In this document: in pieces, positions 19,250-30,657 of the stretch
Layout of the letters: each line of letters begins with the position of its first letter
Position numbering within the stretch: the first letter of the stretch is position 1
Assembly: GCA_032654565.1 (NCBI GenBank)
Contig: JAULAX010000015.1
Coordinates: 1,024,001-1,088,000, forward strand
DNA length: 64,000 nt
DNA from: Anaeromyxobacteraceae bacterium
GTDB taxonomy: Bacteria > Myxococcota > Myxococcia > Myxococcales > Anaeromyxobacteraceae
Reading direction: 5' to 3'
Notes under the pieces: generated by a model
Databases searched by the model: none
What the model was told of the DNA's origin: nothing
What the model saw: the letters and a program-made list of their open reading frames with translations, nothing else
Program-made: the position numbers and the translations under genes

Positions 19250-20362
19250 ATGGGTGGATACGGTCAGGGTGAGGCGTCGGCGCTGGGCGCCAGGCGCCCG
19301 ACGCGCCAGGTGAAGGTGGGAGCCGTCGCCATCGGCGGCGGGGCTCCGGTGTCGGTCCAGTCGATGACCACCACCGACACCGCCGACGCCGCGGCCACGC
19401 TGGCGCAGATCCGGGCGCTGGCCGAGGCCGGGGCCGACATCGTCCGGGTGGCGGTGCCGGGGGCCGAGGCGGCCGACGCCCTGCCGGCCATCTGCAAGGC
19501 CACCCCCATCCCGCTGGTGGCCGACATCCACTTCGACTACCGGCTGGCGCTGCGGGCCCTCGACGCCGGCATCCATTCCATCCGGCTCAACCCCGGCAAC
19601 ATCGGCTCGCGCGACCGGGTCCGCGAGGTGGTCAAGGCGGCCCAGGAGCGGATGGTGCCCATCCGCATCGGCGTCAACGCCGGGTCGCTGGAGCAGGACA
19701 TCGTCGACAAGCACGGCTGGCCCACCGCCGAGGGGATGGTGGAGAGCGCCGAGCGCCACATCCGCTTCCTCGAGGACGAGGGCTACCGGGAGATCAAGGT
19801 CTCGCTCAAGGCCCACGACGTGGCCATGACGGTGGCGGCCAACCGGCTCTTCTCGAAGAAGTTCGACTACCCGCTCCACCTCGGCGTCACCGAGGCGGGG
19901 ACGCTGCTGGGCGGCACCGTCAAGTCGGCGGCCGGCCTCGGCATCCTGCTGGCCGACGGCATCGGCGACACCATCCGCATCTCCTTGACCGCCGACCCGG
20001 TCGAGGAGGTGAAGGTGGCGCGGATGCTGCTCAAGGCGCTCGGCCTCAAGTTCGGCGGGGCCACGCTCACCTCCTGCCCCACCTGCGGGCGCTGCTCGGT
20101 GGCCATGATCCCCATCGCCGAGCGGGTCGAGCAGCGGCTCTCCGCGGTCAAGGGGGAGGTCTCGGTGGCGGTGATGGGCTGCGAGGTGAACGGGCCCGGC
20201 GAGGCGGCGGCGGCCGACGTCGGCGTCGCCTACGGCCACGGCGGGGTCGGCCTGCTCTTCAAGGCCGGCAAGGTGGTGAAGCGGATGAAGGCCGAGGAGC
20301 TGGAGGAGGCGCTGGTGGGCGAGGCGCTCCAGATCGCGGCGGAGCGGACCCCCGCCCCGTAG
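19250..20362 (+). CDS. ispG: 4-hydroxy-3-methylbut-2-en-1-yl diphosphate synthase
   Basis: [46 protein letters not shown]. Confidence 0.97.
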   Translation: MGGYGQGEASALGARRPTRQVKVGAVAIGGGAPVSVQSMTTTDTADAAATLAQIRALAEAGADIVRVAVPGAEAADALPAICKATPIPLVADIHFDYRLALRALDAGIHSIRLNPGNIGSRDRVREVVKAAQERMVPIRIGVNAGSLEQDIVDKHGWPTAEGMVESAERHIRFLEDEGYREIKVSLKAHDVAMTVAANRLFSKKFDYPLHLGVTEAGTLLGGTVKSAAGLGILLADGIGDTIRISLTADPVEEVKVARMLLKALGLKFGGATLTSCPTCGRCSVAMIPIAERVEQRLSAVKGEVSVAVMGCEVNGPGEAAAADVGVAYGHGGVGLLFKAGKVVKRMKAEELEEALVGEALQIAAERTPAP

Positions 20363-20426
20363 CTGTCCGGACCGTCCGGGGGCGGGTCCCGCGGCGAGAC
20401 GCGGCCGAGGCCGCGCCGGCCGGGGC

Positions 20427-21848
20427 TCACCAGTTGACGATCGCCGCCACCTGCTCGGCGGTCATCCCCTCGCGGTAGCCGGTGGTGGGCCAGAACCCGG
20501 CGACGATGGCGTCGGCCTCCTGGTCGACCGGCGCGGCCCGCGCCGTGGCGTCGAGGGCGCCGTCGCCGGTCCGGCTCTCGGCCAGCACCACGAACTGGAC
20601 CACCACCCTCACCTGCCCGGCCGGCACCGTGAGCGGGAAGCGGGTCCAGATGTTCGAGGAGCCGCCGCCCAGGCCCAGGCCGGTGGCGCTCCGGAAGGCG
20701 GCCGGCAGCGCGCTGGTGCCGAAGACGAGGGCCAGGTCGCGCCGAGCCGGCGAGACCAGGCTGGCGTCCCAGGACGAGAGGGCCTTCTGGCCGCCGCTCC
20801 GCTGGATCACGGCGTCCTGTCCGGCCCCCAGCTCGTGCAGGTAGCTCACCTCGGTGGTGACGGCGGCGGCGCCGGGGTTGCGGAAGACGTCGACGAAGCG
20901 GGCCCAGCGCAGCTCGGGGCGGGCGAAGACCCGCCGCTCCACCTCCAGCCCCTTGACCATCCGCTTCCCCGAGACCACCTGGCAGGGCTGGTCGGGGCCG
21001 CTCACCACCCAGGGTGTCAGCGCCGCGCCCTCGAAGCCACCGTTCTGGAGCCGCTCGACGCCGCCGCCCTGGAGCGAGACCTGGTCGACGGCCACCGCGC
21101 TCCGGGGCGATCCGCGCAGCTCGAAGACGATCGAGACCGGCCTCCCGGCCATGGCCGAGACGTCGAGCGGGGCGATGGGGCCGCTGGTCACCGCGCCGGC
21201 GGCGTGGACCTCCAGCTCGTCGCCGGTGGCGGTGTCGCGGACCAGCACGCGCCAGGCGGCGGCGCCGCTGGCCACGGCCCCGTCGCGCAGCAGCCCGTGC
21301 TGGGTCCAGCCCAGGGTCACCGGGGCGGCCACCCCGGTCAGGTCCACCGCCTGCGAGAGGCGGGTCCCGGCCTGGGCGCCACCGGTCGCCAGCCGGCCGA
21401 AGCTGCCGGCCAGCACCACCTCGCGGCCGAGCAGGGCGTTGCCGGACGCCACCACGGCGGCCAGGGGCGCCGCGCCGCGGCTCGAGAGCGGCGTGGTCCA
21501 GGCGAGCTCGCCCCAGGCCTGGTCGTAGGGGAAGGGGAGGAGTTCAGGGAAGTCGCCGGGGAGCGAGTCGGCGGAGGGGGGCGTGGCGGGGACGCCGACG
21601 TGGAGCTGCATGGCCCCGGGGAAGACGAACTGGTCGTCGCCGCCGCTCTCCAGCGCGAAGCCGCGGCCGAGGTCCCAGGTGTTGCGCAGGCCCGGCGCCA
21701 GCGACAGGTCCTGCGGCAGGTCGGCCAGGCCGTTCACCGCGGCCGGGGAGGGCAGCGGCGCCGCCGGGTACGGGGCGTGGGGGCCGGGCGAGCCGCAGGC
21801 CGAGGCCAGGGCGGAGAGGCAGACCAGCGGGGCGAGCAGGCGACGCAC
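20427..21848 (-). CDS. Hypothetical lipoprotein with carbohydrate-binding-like module
   Basis: GTG start after SD GGAGG; lipobox [14 protein letters not shown] motif. Confidence 0.65.
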   Translation of the reverse strand: MRRLLAPLVCLSALASACGSPGPHAPYPAAPLPSPAAVNGLADLPQDLSLAPGLRNTWDLGRGFALESGGDDQFVFPGAMQLHVGVPATPPSADSLPGDFPELLPFPYDQAWGELAWTTPLSSRGAAPLAAVVASGNALLGREVVLAGSFGRLATGGAQAGTRLSQAVDLTGVAAPVTLGWTQHGLLRDGAVASGAAAWRVLVRDTATGDELEVHAAGAVTSGPIAPLDVSAMAGRPVSIVFELRGSPRSAVAVDQVSLQGGGVERLQNGGFEGAALTPWVVSGPDQPCQVVSGKRMVKGLEVERRVFARPELRWARFVDVFRNPGAAAVTTEVSYLHELGAGQDAVIQRSGGQKALSSWDASLVSPARRDLALVFGTSALPAAFRSATGLGLGGGSSNIWTRFPLTVPAGQVRVVVQFVVLAESRTGDGALDATARAAPVDQEADAIVAGFWPTTGYREGMTAEQVAAIVNW

Positions 21849-21903
21849 GTGACCTCCGGCGCGAGGCGGCAGGGGAGGGGAGCCTACCACGCGAGCGGCG
21901 CCC

Positions 21904-22254
21904 TCAGGGCTGGCGGGCGCGGCCCGCGCCCAGCGCCGAGAGGAAGACCGCCAGGGCCCGCCGCTCCTCCTCGGTGCCCGGGAACGGCGGCATGTTGGCG
22001 CGCGGGACGGTGGGGAGCCGGCCGATGGTCTGGTAGGCCCGCCCCGCCGACCAGCCGGCCACGCGGCGCTGCAGCGGCACGTCGCGGTGGCAGGAGGTGC
22101 AGCGGGAGGCGAAGACGGCCTGGCCGGCCTCCACCGCCTCCGGGGTCTCGACCAGGGCCGGCGGACCGCGGGCGAGGAGGCCGGCGTCCCAGGCCAGGCC
22201 GGCGGCGACCATGGCGGCGGCGACGGCGAGGGCGATCCAGAGGCGGGCGGGCAC
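21904..22254 (-). CDS. Monoheme c-type cytochrome
   Basis: N-terminal TM/signal, [13 protein letters not shown], distal MPPF. Confidence 0.85.
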   Translation of the reverse strand: MPARLWIALAVAAAMVAAGLAWDAGLLARGPPALVETPEAVEAGQAVFASRCTSCHRDVPLQRRVAGWSAGRAYQTIGRLPTVPRANMPPFPGTEEERRALAVFLSALGAGRARQP

Positions 22255-22382
22255 CCGCCACTCCTAGCCCGGCGACCGGCCCGGTGGGAAGCGCGGCGGG
22301 CCCGGGGCGGCGGGGCGCGGCGCCGGCGGCGGCGACGTTGGCCGGGGCGGGGCCCGGCCCGCCGGTGTATAACCCGCGGACC

Positions 22383-24107
22383 ATGACCGCCGTCCGCGCC
22401 TCCAAGGCCTTCATCCCCACCCTCAAGGAAGCCCCGACCGACGCCACGGTCGCCTCGCACAAGCTGCTGGTCCGCGCCGGCTTCGTCCGGCAGCTGGGCG
22501 CCGGCATCTACGACTACCTGCCGCTCGCCAGGCGCTCCCTCACCCGCATCGAGGCGATCATCCGCGAGGAGATGGAGGCCATCGGCGCCCAGGAGTTCTA
22601 CCTGCCGGCCCTCCACCCCGCCGAGATCTGGAAGGAGTCGGGGCGGTGGGAGGTCATGGGCGACAACATGTTCCGGCTCAAGGACCGCAAGGGCGGCGAC
22701 TACTGCCTGGGCATGACCCACGAGGAGATCTTCACCGCCATCGCCCGCGACGAGCTGCGCTCCTACCGCCAGCTGCCGCAGGTCTGGTACCAGATCCAGT
22801 CGAAGTTCCGCGACGAGCCGCGCCCCAAGTCCGGGCTGCTGCGGGTCCGCCAGTTCACCATGAAGGACGCCTACTCCTTCGACGTCGACCGGGCCGGCCT
22901 CGACAAGAGCTACGAGGACCAGCGCCAGGCCTACGAGAAGATCTTCACCCGCTGCGGCCTCGACTTCGTGGCCGTGCAGGCCCACTCCGGCTCCATGGGC
23001 GGCTCCGAGTCGTCGGAGTTCATGGTCCGCACCGAGGCCGGCGAGGACCTGGTGGCCGCCTGCCCGAAGTGCCGCTACGCCGCCAACACCGAGACCGCCA
23101 CCTCCCGCCTCGAGCAGCTCCCCGACCAGCCCGGCCCGCCGGCGCTGGAGAAGTTCGCCACCCCCGGGGTGGTGACCATCGAGGCGCTGCAGCGCCAGCC
23201 CTACGGCGTCGGGGCCCGCCGCCAGCTCAAGTCGCTGATCTACGTCGCCGACGGCGCGCCGGTGGTGGCGGTGGTGCGCGGCGACCAGGATCTCAACGAG
23301 GCCAAGCTGCAGACCGCCACCGGCGCCGTCGAGGTCCGGCCGGCCCGCCCCGACGAGATCCCGGCGCTGATGGGCGCCAGCGCCGGCTCGCTCGGCGCGG
23401 TGAACTTCACCAGGGCCCCGGTCTTCGTCGACCCCTCGGTGGCCGACCGGACCAACATGGTCACCGGCGCCAACCAGGACGGCTTCCACTGGCGCGGCGT
23501 CGACGTGCGGCGCGACCTGCTGGTCCACGGCAGGCTGGCCGAGCTGCGCACCGTCAAGGCCGGCGAGGGCTGCCCGCGCTGCGACGGCACCCTCGACGTC
23601 TTCAAGGCGCTCGAGGTGGGGCACATCTTCAAGCTCGGCACCAAGTACTCGGAGTCGCTCAAGGCCAGCGTCCTCGACGCCGCCGGGGCCCAGGTGCCCA
23701 TGGTCATGGGGAGCTACGGCATCGGCGTCGAGCGCATCCTGGCCGCCGCCATCGAGCTGCACCACGACGCCGACGGCATCGTCTTCCCGCTGGCCATCGC
23801 CCCGTTCCACGCCGCCGTGCTCACCCTCGGCAAGGAGCCGGAGCTGGTGGCGGCGGCCGAGCAGGTGGTGGCGGCGCTGACCGCGGCCGGCCTCGACGTG
23901 CTCTACGACGATCGCGACGAGCGGCCGGGGGTGAAGTTCAAGGACGCCGACCTGATCGGCCACCCCATCCGGATCGCCGTCGGCAAGAAGGGGCTGGCCG
24001 AGGGCAAGGTGGAGTGGAAGCTGCGGAGCGGCAAGGAAGTCACGCTGCTGCCCATCGGCGAGGTGGCGGCCCGGGCCGCGGCGCTGGTGCGGGCGGCGCG
24101 ACCCTAG
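22383..24107 (+). CDS. proS: Proline--tRNA ligase (bacterial type, with editing insertion)
   Basis: [43 protein letters not shown]. Confidence 0.98.
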   Translation: MTAVRASKAFIPTLKEAPTDATVASHKLLVRAGFVRQLGAGIYDYLPLARRSLTRIEAIIREEMEAIGAQEFYLPALHPAEIWKESGRWEVMGDNMFRLKDRKGGDYCLGMTHEEIFTAIARDELRSYRQLPQVWYQIQSKFRDEPRPKSGLLRVRQFTMKDAYSFDVDRAGLDKSYEDQRQAYEKIFTRCGLDFVAVQAHSGSMGGSESSEFMVRTEAGEDLVAACPKCRYAANTETATSRLEQLPDQPGPPALEKFATPGVVTIEALQRQPYGVGARRQLKSLIYVADGAPVVAVVRGDQDLNEAKLQTATGAVEVRPARPDEIPALMGASAGSLGAVNFTRAPVFVDPSVADRTNMVTGANQDGFHWRGVDVRRDLLVHGRLAELRTVKAGEGCPRCDGTLDVFKALEVGHIFKLGTKYSESLKASVLDAAGAQVPMVMGSYGIGVERILAAAIELHHDADGIVFPLAIAPFHAAVLTLGKEPELVAAAEQVVAALTAAGLDVLYDDRDERPGVKFKDADLIGHPIRIAVGKKGLAEGKVEWKLRSGKEVTLLPIGEVAARAAALVRAARP

Positions 24108-24126
24108 GCAGGGGAGGGATGGCCAG

Positions 24127-25338
24127 GTGGACGAGGCGCAGGTCGGCGAGGAGGGCGTGCTGGAGGTGCCGCGGGACGGCCGCCCGTGGCTGGGGGGCAC
24201 GCTCACCGCGCTCTCCATCCTCGAGGTGGTGCAGCTCATCTTCACCTCGCTGAAGAGCGGGGTGCTGCGGCTCTCCTTCGCCCGGGGCAGCGACGCGGCG
24301 GCCGGCGACCGGCCCCACCGGCGCAGCTTCTACTTCCGCGAGGGGCAGCTGGTCTTCGCCTCCTCCTCCGAGCCCTGCGACCGGCTCGGCCCGGTGCTCT
24401 GGCGCGCCGGCCTGGTGGGCTGGGAGGTGCTGCAGCGCTGCAGCGTCGGCGTCGAGTCGGGGCAGCTGCTCGGGCAGGTGCTGGTGAACGAGGGGGCGCT
24501 CACCGCCGGCGACCTCTACGCCGGGGTGGCCGCCCAGGTCCGCGAGATCCTCTTCGAGGCCTTCCTGGACACCGAGGGCGAGTTCCTCTTCGTCGAGGGG
24601 CCACACGGCGAGCTCAACGAGGTCCGGCTCCCGGAGCGGACCCGCGAGCTGCTGCTGGAGGGGCTGAAGCGGGTGGACGAGGTGGAGCAGCTGCTGGCGC
24701 TGGTGGGCGGCCGGGGCGCCGTGCTCACCCGGGCCAGCGCCCCGCCCGGAGAGGCCAGCGAGTACACGCTGCGGCTCCTCGAGGCGCTGGAGGGTTGCCC
24801 CTCCTTCGCCGAGGCCGCCGACGAGAGCCGGCTGGGGCTGCTCTTCGCGCTGCGCGAGGCGGCGGCGCTCATCGGGTCCGGGGTGCTGGTCCGCTCCGCC
24901 CGTCCCGCGCTGACCCCGGCCCCGGTCCGGCCGGCCAGCGCCGACGCCCCGCCCGAGGCCGCGCTGTCGACGGCGCGCCCCCCCGGGCCGTTCGAGCTCT
25001 ACCGGCGCATCTTCCTGCGGGTCCACGCGGCGCTGGCCGCGGCCCGCCCCGGCGCCGAGGCGCGGCTCGACAGCTACTTCGCCGGCCTGCCTGAGCAGCG
25101 CCGCTTCCTCTTCGAGGGGGTGGCCTTCGCCGCCGACGGCGACCTCGACGTGGGCCGGGTGCTGGCCAACGTCACCGCCACGGGCGCCTACCGCGGCGCC
25201 GCCGCAAAGGCCCGCTCGCTGGAGGGGCTGGAGGACCTGCTCACCTTCGCCCTCTTCGAGGTGAAGAACGTGCTGCCCCGGGCCGCCGCCGAGCAGCTGC
25301 TGCGCGAGGTGGGGCGGATGCAGGTGGGCAAGGCATGA
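24127..25338 (+). CDS. DUF4388-domain protein
   Basis: [42 protein letters not shown]. Confidence 0.75.
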   Translation: MDEAQVGEEGVLEVPRDGRPWLGGTLTALSILEVVQLIFTSLKSGVLRLSFARGSDAAAGDRPHRRSFYFREGQLVFASSSEPCDRLGPVLWRAGLVGWEVLQRCSVGVESGQLLGQVLVNEGALTAGDLYAGVAAQVREILFEAFLDTEGEFLFVEGPHGELNEVRLPERTRELLLEGLKRVDEVEQLLALVGGRGAVLTRASAPPGEASEYTLRLLEALEGCPSFAEAADESRLGLLFALREAAALIGSGVLVRSARPALTPAPVRPASADAPPEAALSTARPPGPFELYRRIFLRVHAALAAARPGAEARLDSYFAGLPEQRRFLFEGVAFAADGDLDVGRVLANVTATGAYRGAAAKARSLEGLEDLLTFALFEVKNVLPRAAAEQLLREVGRMQVGKA

Positions 25339-26024
25339 GCTCGCCGAGCGGCAGGATCTGCAGCGCCCTCGACTTCGCCGGCTGGGCCGAGGCCGAGCCC
25401 TTCGCCCGCCTCATCGCCCCGCACGTGGGGATGCTCAAGGTGGGCCTGGAGCTCTTCACCGCCGAAGGGCCGCCGGTGGTCCGCGCCGCGGCGGCGCTGG
25501 GGCGCCCGGTCTTCCTCGACCTCAAGCTCCACGACATCCCCGCCACCGTGGAGGGGGCCGCGCGCAGCGCCGCCGCCACCGGGGCCGCCCTGCTCACCGT
25601 CCACGCCAGCGGCGGTGCGGAGATGGTGCGGGCCGCGGTGCGCGGGGCCGGGGGGAAGGTCCGCGTCCTCGCCGTCACCGTCCTCACCAGCCTCGACGAC
25701 GCCGCGCTCGAGGCCATCGGCCTGGCCGGCCCGCCCCGGGCGGCGGTGGTCCGGCTGGCCCGGCTGGCCGTCGCGGCCGGCGCCGGCGGGCTGGTCTGCT
25801 CTCCCCACGAGGTGGCGGCGGTCCGCGCCGCGGTCGGCCCCGGGCCGCTGCTGGTGGTGCCGGGCGTCCGCCCCGCCGGGAGCGCCCGTGGCGACCAGGC
25901 CCGGGTCGCCACCCCGGCCGACGCCCTGCGGGCCGGCGCCGACGTCATCGTGGTGGGCCGGCCGCTCCGCGACGCGCCGGACCCGGTGGCCGCCGCGCGC
26001 GCCATCGCCGCCGAGCTGACCTGA
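25335..26024 (+). CDS. pyrF: Orotidine 5'-phosphate decarboxylase
   Basis: [36 protein letters not shown]. Confidence 0.97.
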   Translation: MSSPSGRICSALDFAGWAEAEPFARLIAPHVGMLKVGLELFTAEGPPVVRAAAALGRPVFLDLKLHDIPATVEGAARSAAATGAALLTVHASGGAEMVRAAVRGAGGKVRVLAVTVLTSLDDAALEAIGLAGPPRAAVVRLARLAVAAGAGGLVCSPHEVAAVRAAVGPGPLLVVPGVRPAGSARGDQARVATPADALRAGADVIVVGRPLRDAPDPVAAARAIAAELT

Positions 26025-26084
26025 CGACACACCGGCCCGGGCGCCGCGGCTCAGCCGCGCCGGGCACGACCACCGGAGGTCCAC

Positions 26085-29000
26085 GTGCTCTCGCCCGTCC
26101 TCGCCGCGCTGCTCCTGGCCGCCCCCGCCGCCCCCGCCGCCGCGCCGCCACCACCCCCGGTGGCGGTGGCGCTGGCCAACGCCGGGTTCGAGGCCGGGCT
26201 CGAGGGCTGGACCGCCTCGGGCGCCGCCGCCGTGACCGCCTCGACCGCCGCGCCCCTGGCCGGGGCCCGCTCGCTGCAGGTGGCCGCCCCCGCCGGCGGC
26301 GCCCAGGTCACCGTGCTCTCGGCGCCGGTGGCGCTGCAGGTGGGCAAGCTCTACCGGCTCTCGGCCAGCGTCCGCACCCGCGGCGTGGCCGCCGACCCGC
26401 TGCCGCGCTACCCGACCGCGCTGGGCGCCTGCGTCTCTATGCGCTCCACCCCCTTCACCAACTGCTCGCCGTCGCTGGCCGGCGACCGCGAGGGGCGGCT
26501 GGAGCTGCGCTTCTTCGCCGTCACCGCCCGCGACCAGGTGGCGCTCCACCTCGGCCGCAACGGCACCGCCACCGGCACCGCCAGCTTCGACGAGGTCCGG
26601 CTGGAGCGGCTCGACGACGTCACCGCCTACGTGCCGCTCGAGCAGGTGCGCTGGTCGGGGCCGGGCTTCCGCTACGACGACGGCGGCTGGATCTTCGTGC
26701 ACGTCGAGGGGGAGCCCTACCAGCGCGGCCGGCAGTACGGCGAGCTGGTGGCGGTGGAGCTGGCCCGCTTCCTGGAGAAGCTGGCGGTGCTGCAGGACAA
26801 GGCCGACCCGGAGAAGGGCTGGGCCAACCTGCGGCTGCTGGCCGACGCCCTGATGCTCCGCAAATACGACCCCGAGTACCTCGAGGAGATGAAGGGGATC
26901 GCCGACGGCGCCGTCAAGGGCGGGGCGAAATTCAAGGGGCGCGACCTCGACCTGCTCGACGTGGTCACCCTCAACAGCGCCGTCGACCTCGGCGAGCTCG
27001 GCTCGGCCGTGAAGGTCACCCCCACCCCGCTCTCCGGCAAGAGCTTCCTCAAGGCCGAGGATGAGGCCGATCCGGCGGTCACCGAGAAGGATCGCTGCTC
27101 CTCCTTCGTGGCCACCCGGAGCGCCACCCCCTCCGGCCGCTTCGTCATGGGGCAGCTCTTCATGTGGAACGGCTACAGCGGGGTCCACTGGGACGTCATC
27201 CTCGACGTGGTGCCGTCGAAGGGCCACCGGGTGGTGCTGCAGACCTTCCCCGGCGGCATCCACTCCGGCTCCGACTGGTACCTGAACGACGCCGGCATCG
27301 TCATCGGCGAGACCACCGTGGGCCAGACCCCCTTCGAGGCCAGCGGCACGCCCCAGTCGAACCGGGCCCGCAAGGCGGCGCAGTACGCCACCTCCATCGA
27401 CCAGGTGGCGGCCATCCTGCGCGAGAAGAACAACGGCCTCTACACCAACGACTGGACCATCGCCGACGCCAAGACCGACGAGGGGGCCGACCTGCTGCTC
27501 GGCACCCGGGCCTCGCGCCTCTGGCGCACCGGCAACGGCGACACCCCGGGGAAGCTCAAGGACTTCATCTGGGCCAACAACAACACCCGCGACCCGGCGG
27601 TGCGCGCCGAGTACGCCGTCACCGCCGACGGGGCCCCGGCCGACATGGCCTTCAACACCTGGAACCGCGACGTCGCCTTCTGGAGGTTCTACGCCGAGAA
27701 GGGGAAGGGCGGCATCGACCTCGAGGCCGGCATCCGGCTCCACGCCTCCTCGCCGGTGACCCGGCCGCACGCCTGCGACGGCAAGCTCACCACCGGCGAG
27801 ATGGCGGACAAGCTGGTCTTCATCGCCCACCAGGGCAAGCCGACCATGCGCGAGAAGTGGGTGGGCGGCCGCTCCATGCCCGACCTGCCCAACGCCCTGC
27901 CCCACCTCACCCACGGCTACACCACCTTCAGCCCGGTCACCGTGGCCGACGGCCTCAAGGCGGCCCGGGCCCGGGCCCCCCGGCCGGCCGCGGCGCCGGC
28001 CGCGGCCAAGCTCGACCCCGGCACCGCCAGGGCCGGCCTGGGGTTCGACAAGGCGCTGCTCTGGCAGGGGACCATCTTCCCGGCCAGCGACGCCGACAAC
28101 TGGCTCACCAGCGGGTCGGCCGCCTACCACGCCCTCCTCAAGAAGCTCCCCGACGACCCGCAGAAGGCGCTCGAGGCGCTGCGCGACGGGCTCGGCGAGC
28201 TCGACCTGCGCCACAACTGGCTGGGCACCCGCGAGCCCCTGGCGCCGCCGCTCCTCACCACCAGCGCCTACGACCGCTACGGCCCCTACGCCATCCCCAG
28301 GGTCCGCGGCACCTTCGCGCTGCACCAGCTGCGGCTCGTCCTCGGCGACGCCGCCTTCTCCCGGGTGATGGGGGCGGTGCACACCCGCTTCCGCGGGAAG
28401 CCGGTCAGCACCGCGGCGTTCATCGCGCTGGCCAGCGAGGTGGGCGGCCGGGACGTGGCCCCGCTGCTCGATCCCTGGCTCCGGCGCGTCGACCTGCCCG
28501 ATCCGCGCCTGGCGGTGACGGTGACGCAGGTGGGTGACCAGTCGGAGACCAGCCTCACCGTCACCCAGGCCGGCGCCCCCTGGCGCTACCTGGCCAGCGT
28601 GGCCCTCGAGGGGGCCACCACCCGGCGGCTGGAGCGGGTCGAGGTCACCGGCGCCGAGCAGCGCTTCACCTTCAAGACCGCCGAGCGGCCGCTGCGGGTG
28701 GTCTTCAACGCCGGGCTCGACGTCCCGGTGGCGCGCCGCGACGCCTCCACGCTCCCCGCCATGCTCGACGAGTTCGACCGGCTGCTCTGGGTGCAGGGGA
28801 CCTCGCGGCAGGTGGAGGCCAACCGGACGCTGGCGCTGGTCTGGCGCGACACCGTGGCCGACGCCTTCGTCGAGGTGCTGCCGCCCATGAAGACCGACGC
28901 CGGGCTCGGCGACGACGAGCTGGCGGCCAGCGATCTCGTGGTGGTGGGCGGGCCCGAGGACAACGGCGTGGCGGCCCGGCTGGCGACCCGCTGGACGCTG

Positions 29001-29348
29001 CCGCTGGAGACCGGCCCGGGCTGGTTCCGCTGGCAGGGGACGCTGGAGACCCGCCCCGACGCCGGGCTGGCGGTCGCCTTCCTGAACCCGTGGAACCGCG
29101 GGCGCGCCGCCTACCTCTTCCTCGCCAACTCCAAGGTGCAGCTCTGGCGCATGGTGAAGGGGTACCAGCGCGGCCAGCAGTCGTTCAGCCTGTGGCGGGA
29201 GGGGGAGATCGTCCGCAAGGGCTGGCTCGGGGCCGAGACGCTCGAGGTGGCGGTCGCGCCGGCGCCGGCGGCAGCGCCGCCCGCGGCCCGGCCGCCGGGC
29301 GGACCCGGCGGATCCAGCGGGTCCGGCGCCGGAGGCGCCACCCCGTGA
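26085..29348 (+). CDS. Secreted multidomain protein: CBM-like + C45/phospholipase-B-like Ntn hydrolase + M1-peptidase C-terminal-like region
   Basis: Signal peptide; NAGFEAGLEGW; GEPYQRGRQYG; nucleophile DRCSSFVAT; RGTFALHQLRLVLGDAAF. Confidence 0.75.
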   Translation: MLSPVLAALLLAAPAAPAAAPPPPPVAVALANAGFEAGLEGWTASGAAAVTASTAAPLAGARSLQVAAPAGGAQVTVLSAPVALQVGKLYRLSASVRTRGVAADPLPRYPTALGACVSMRSTPFTNCSPSLAGDREGRLELRFFAVTARDQVALHLGRNGTATGTASFDEVRLERLDDVTAYVPLEQVRWSGPGFRYDDGGWIFVHVEGEPYQRGRQYGELVAVELARFLEKLAVLQDKADPEKGWANLRLLADALMLRKYDPEYLEEMKGIADGAVKGGAKFKGRDLDLLDVVTLNSAVDLGELGSAVKVTPTPLSGKSFLKAEDEADPAVTEKDRCSSFVATRSATPSGRFVMGQLFMWNGYSGVHWDVILDVVPSKGHRVVLQTFPGGIHSGSDWYLNDAGIVIGETTVGQTPFEASGTPQSNRARKAAQYATSIDQVAAILREKNNGLYTNDWTIADAKTDEGADLLLGTRASRLWRTGNGDTPGKLKDFIWANNNTRDPAVRAEYAVTADGAPADMAFNTWNRDVAFWRFYAEKGKGGIDLEAGIRLHASSPVTRPHACDGKLTTGEMADKLVFIAHQGKPTMREKWVGGRSMPDLPNALPHLTHGYTTFSPVTVADGLKAARARAPRPAAAPAAAKLDPGTARAGLGFDKALLWQGTIFPASDADNWLTSGSAAYHALLKKLPDDPQKALEALRDGLGELDLRHNWLGTREPLAPPLLTTSAYDRYGPYAIPRVRGTFALHQLRLVLGDAAFSRVMGAVHTRFRGKPVSTAAFIALASEVGGRDVAPLLDPWLRRVDLPDPRLAVTVTQVGDQSETSLTVTQAGAPWRYLASVALEGATTRRLERVEVTGAEQRFTFKTAERPLRVVFNAGLDVPVARRDASTLPAMLDEFDRLLWVQGTSRQVEANRTLALVWRDTVADAFVEVLPPMKTDAGLGDDELAASDLVVVGGPEDNGVAARLATRWTLPLETGPGWFRWQGTLETRPDAGLAVAFLNPWNRGRAAYLFLANSKVQLWRMVKGYQRGQQSFSLWREGEIVRKGWLGAETLEVAVAPAPAAAPPAARPPGGPGGSSGSGAGGATP

Positions 29349-29827
29349 GCAAGGCCCCGTCCACGCCCGCCACCCGGCTGCTGCGCCAGCGCCAGCTGGC
29401 CTACACCGAGCACCTCTACCGCTACGAGGAGCGGGGCGGCACCGCGGTGAGCGCGCGGGAGCTGGGCGTCGACGAGCACGCCGTGGTGAAGACCCTGGTG
29501 ATGGAGGACGAGGCCGGCGCGCCGCTCATCGTGCTGCAGCACGGCGACCGCGAGGTCTCGGTGAAGGGGCTGGCCCGGCAGCTGGGCCGGAAGTCCATCA
29601 CCCCGTGCAAGCCGGAGGTGGCGCAGCGCCACTCCGGCTACCAGGTGGGCGGCACCAGCCCGCTCGGCACCCGCAAGGCGCTGCCGGTCTACGTGGAGCG
29701 GACGGTGCTGGACCTGCCCACCATCTACGTCAACGGCGGCTCGCGCGGCTTCCTGGTGGGGGTCGAGCCCCGGGCGCTGGCGGCGCTGCTCTCCGCCACC
29801 CCGGTGGACGCCGCCATCGAAGGCTGA
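29345..29827 (+). CDS. ybaK: Cys-tRNA(Pro) deacylase
   Basis: STPATRLL, VVKTLV, GYQVGGTSPLG, NGGSRG; GTGA overlap. Confidence 0.92.
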   Translation: MSKAPSTPATRLLRQRQLAYTEHLYRYEERGGTAVSARELGVDEHAVVKTLVMEDEAGAPLIVLQHGDREVSVKGLARQLGRKSITPCKPEVAQRHSGYQVGGTSPLGTRKALPVYVERTVLDLPTIYVNGGSRGFLVGVEPRALAALLSATPVDAAIEG

Positions 29828-29907
29828 CGCGACCCACCCCCACCAGGGAGCGGCGGTGTCACGGGAGGAGGATCGACCACCGGGGGCAGGGCGGCTAGCA
29901 TGGGGTC

Positions 29908-30483
29908 ATGGCCGCCACCCCCGAGGACCAGGTCAAGCAGCTGCTCGCCGCCGGAGACCAGCGCGGCGCGGCCACCCTGGCGCTGCGCGAGTACGGCCCG
30001 AAGATCCTCGGCTACCTGCAGGTGGTGCTGCGCGACGAGGCCGACGCCGCCGACGCCTTCTCGGTCTTCGCCGAGAACCTCTGGAAGGGGCTGGAGACCT
30101 GGCGCGGCGAGGCCTCGCTCCGCACCTGGGCCTACAAGCTGGCCTGGAACGCCGCGCTCAACCTGCGCGACGAGGCCTGGCGCCGCCACGGCCGCCGCTT
30201 CCACACCAGCGAGGCCTCGCAGCTGGCCGACGAGATCCGCACCAAGACGGTGGTCAAGGTGGAGCGGCAGCGGGCCAAGCTGAACACGCTGCGCGCCGCG
30301 CTGAGCGACGAGGAGCAGACGCTGCTGGTGCTCCGCATCGACCAGTCGCTGCCCTGGGAGGAGATCGCCGAGGTGCTGGCCACGCCGGAGGCGAGGCCCG
30401 ACACCGCCATGCTCCGCAAGCGGTTCGAGCGGCTCAAGGAGCGGCTGGCGAAGCTGGCTCGCTCCCGCGGCCTGGTCGAGTAG
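29908..30483 (+). CDS. ECF sigma factor (paralogue 1)
   Basis: sigma2 DAADAF..F.E.LW.G, RGEASLRTWAY; sigma4 WEEIAEVL; TAGCAT 6 nt before ATG. Confidence 0.9.
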   Translation: MAATPEDQVKQLLAAGDQRGAATLALREYGPKILGYLQVVLRDEADAADAFSVFAENLWKGLETWRGEASLRTWAYKLAWNAALNLRDEAWRRHGRRFHTSEASQLADEIRTKTVVKVERQRAKLNTLRAALSDEEQTLLVLRIDQSLPWEEIAEVLATPEARPDTAMLRKRFERLKERLAKLARSRGLVE

Positions 30484-30657
30484 CCGGGGGCGGGACGGGG
30501 CGAGGCGGACCGGGCACGCCCCGGCCGGGTCGGTTCCCGGGGGGCCGGTTGGGGGATTCCGGCCGGGCCACCTGCTTCGGGCCAGAGAATGGCCCCCCGC
30601 TGTCACGAGTGGCGTGCTCAGCTCCCTACGGAACAACCCGTCCCCCGAGGAGCTGCG

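Noticed and set aside
22383..29827. proS and ybaK proximity as a novelty
   Set aside because: This is a well-known proofreading partnership
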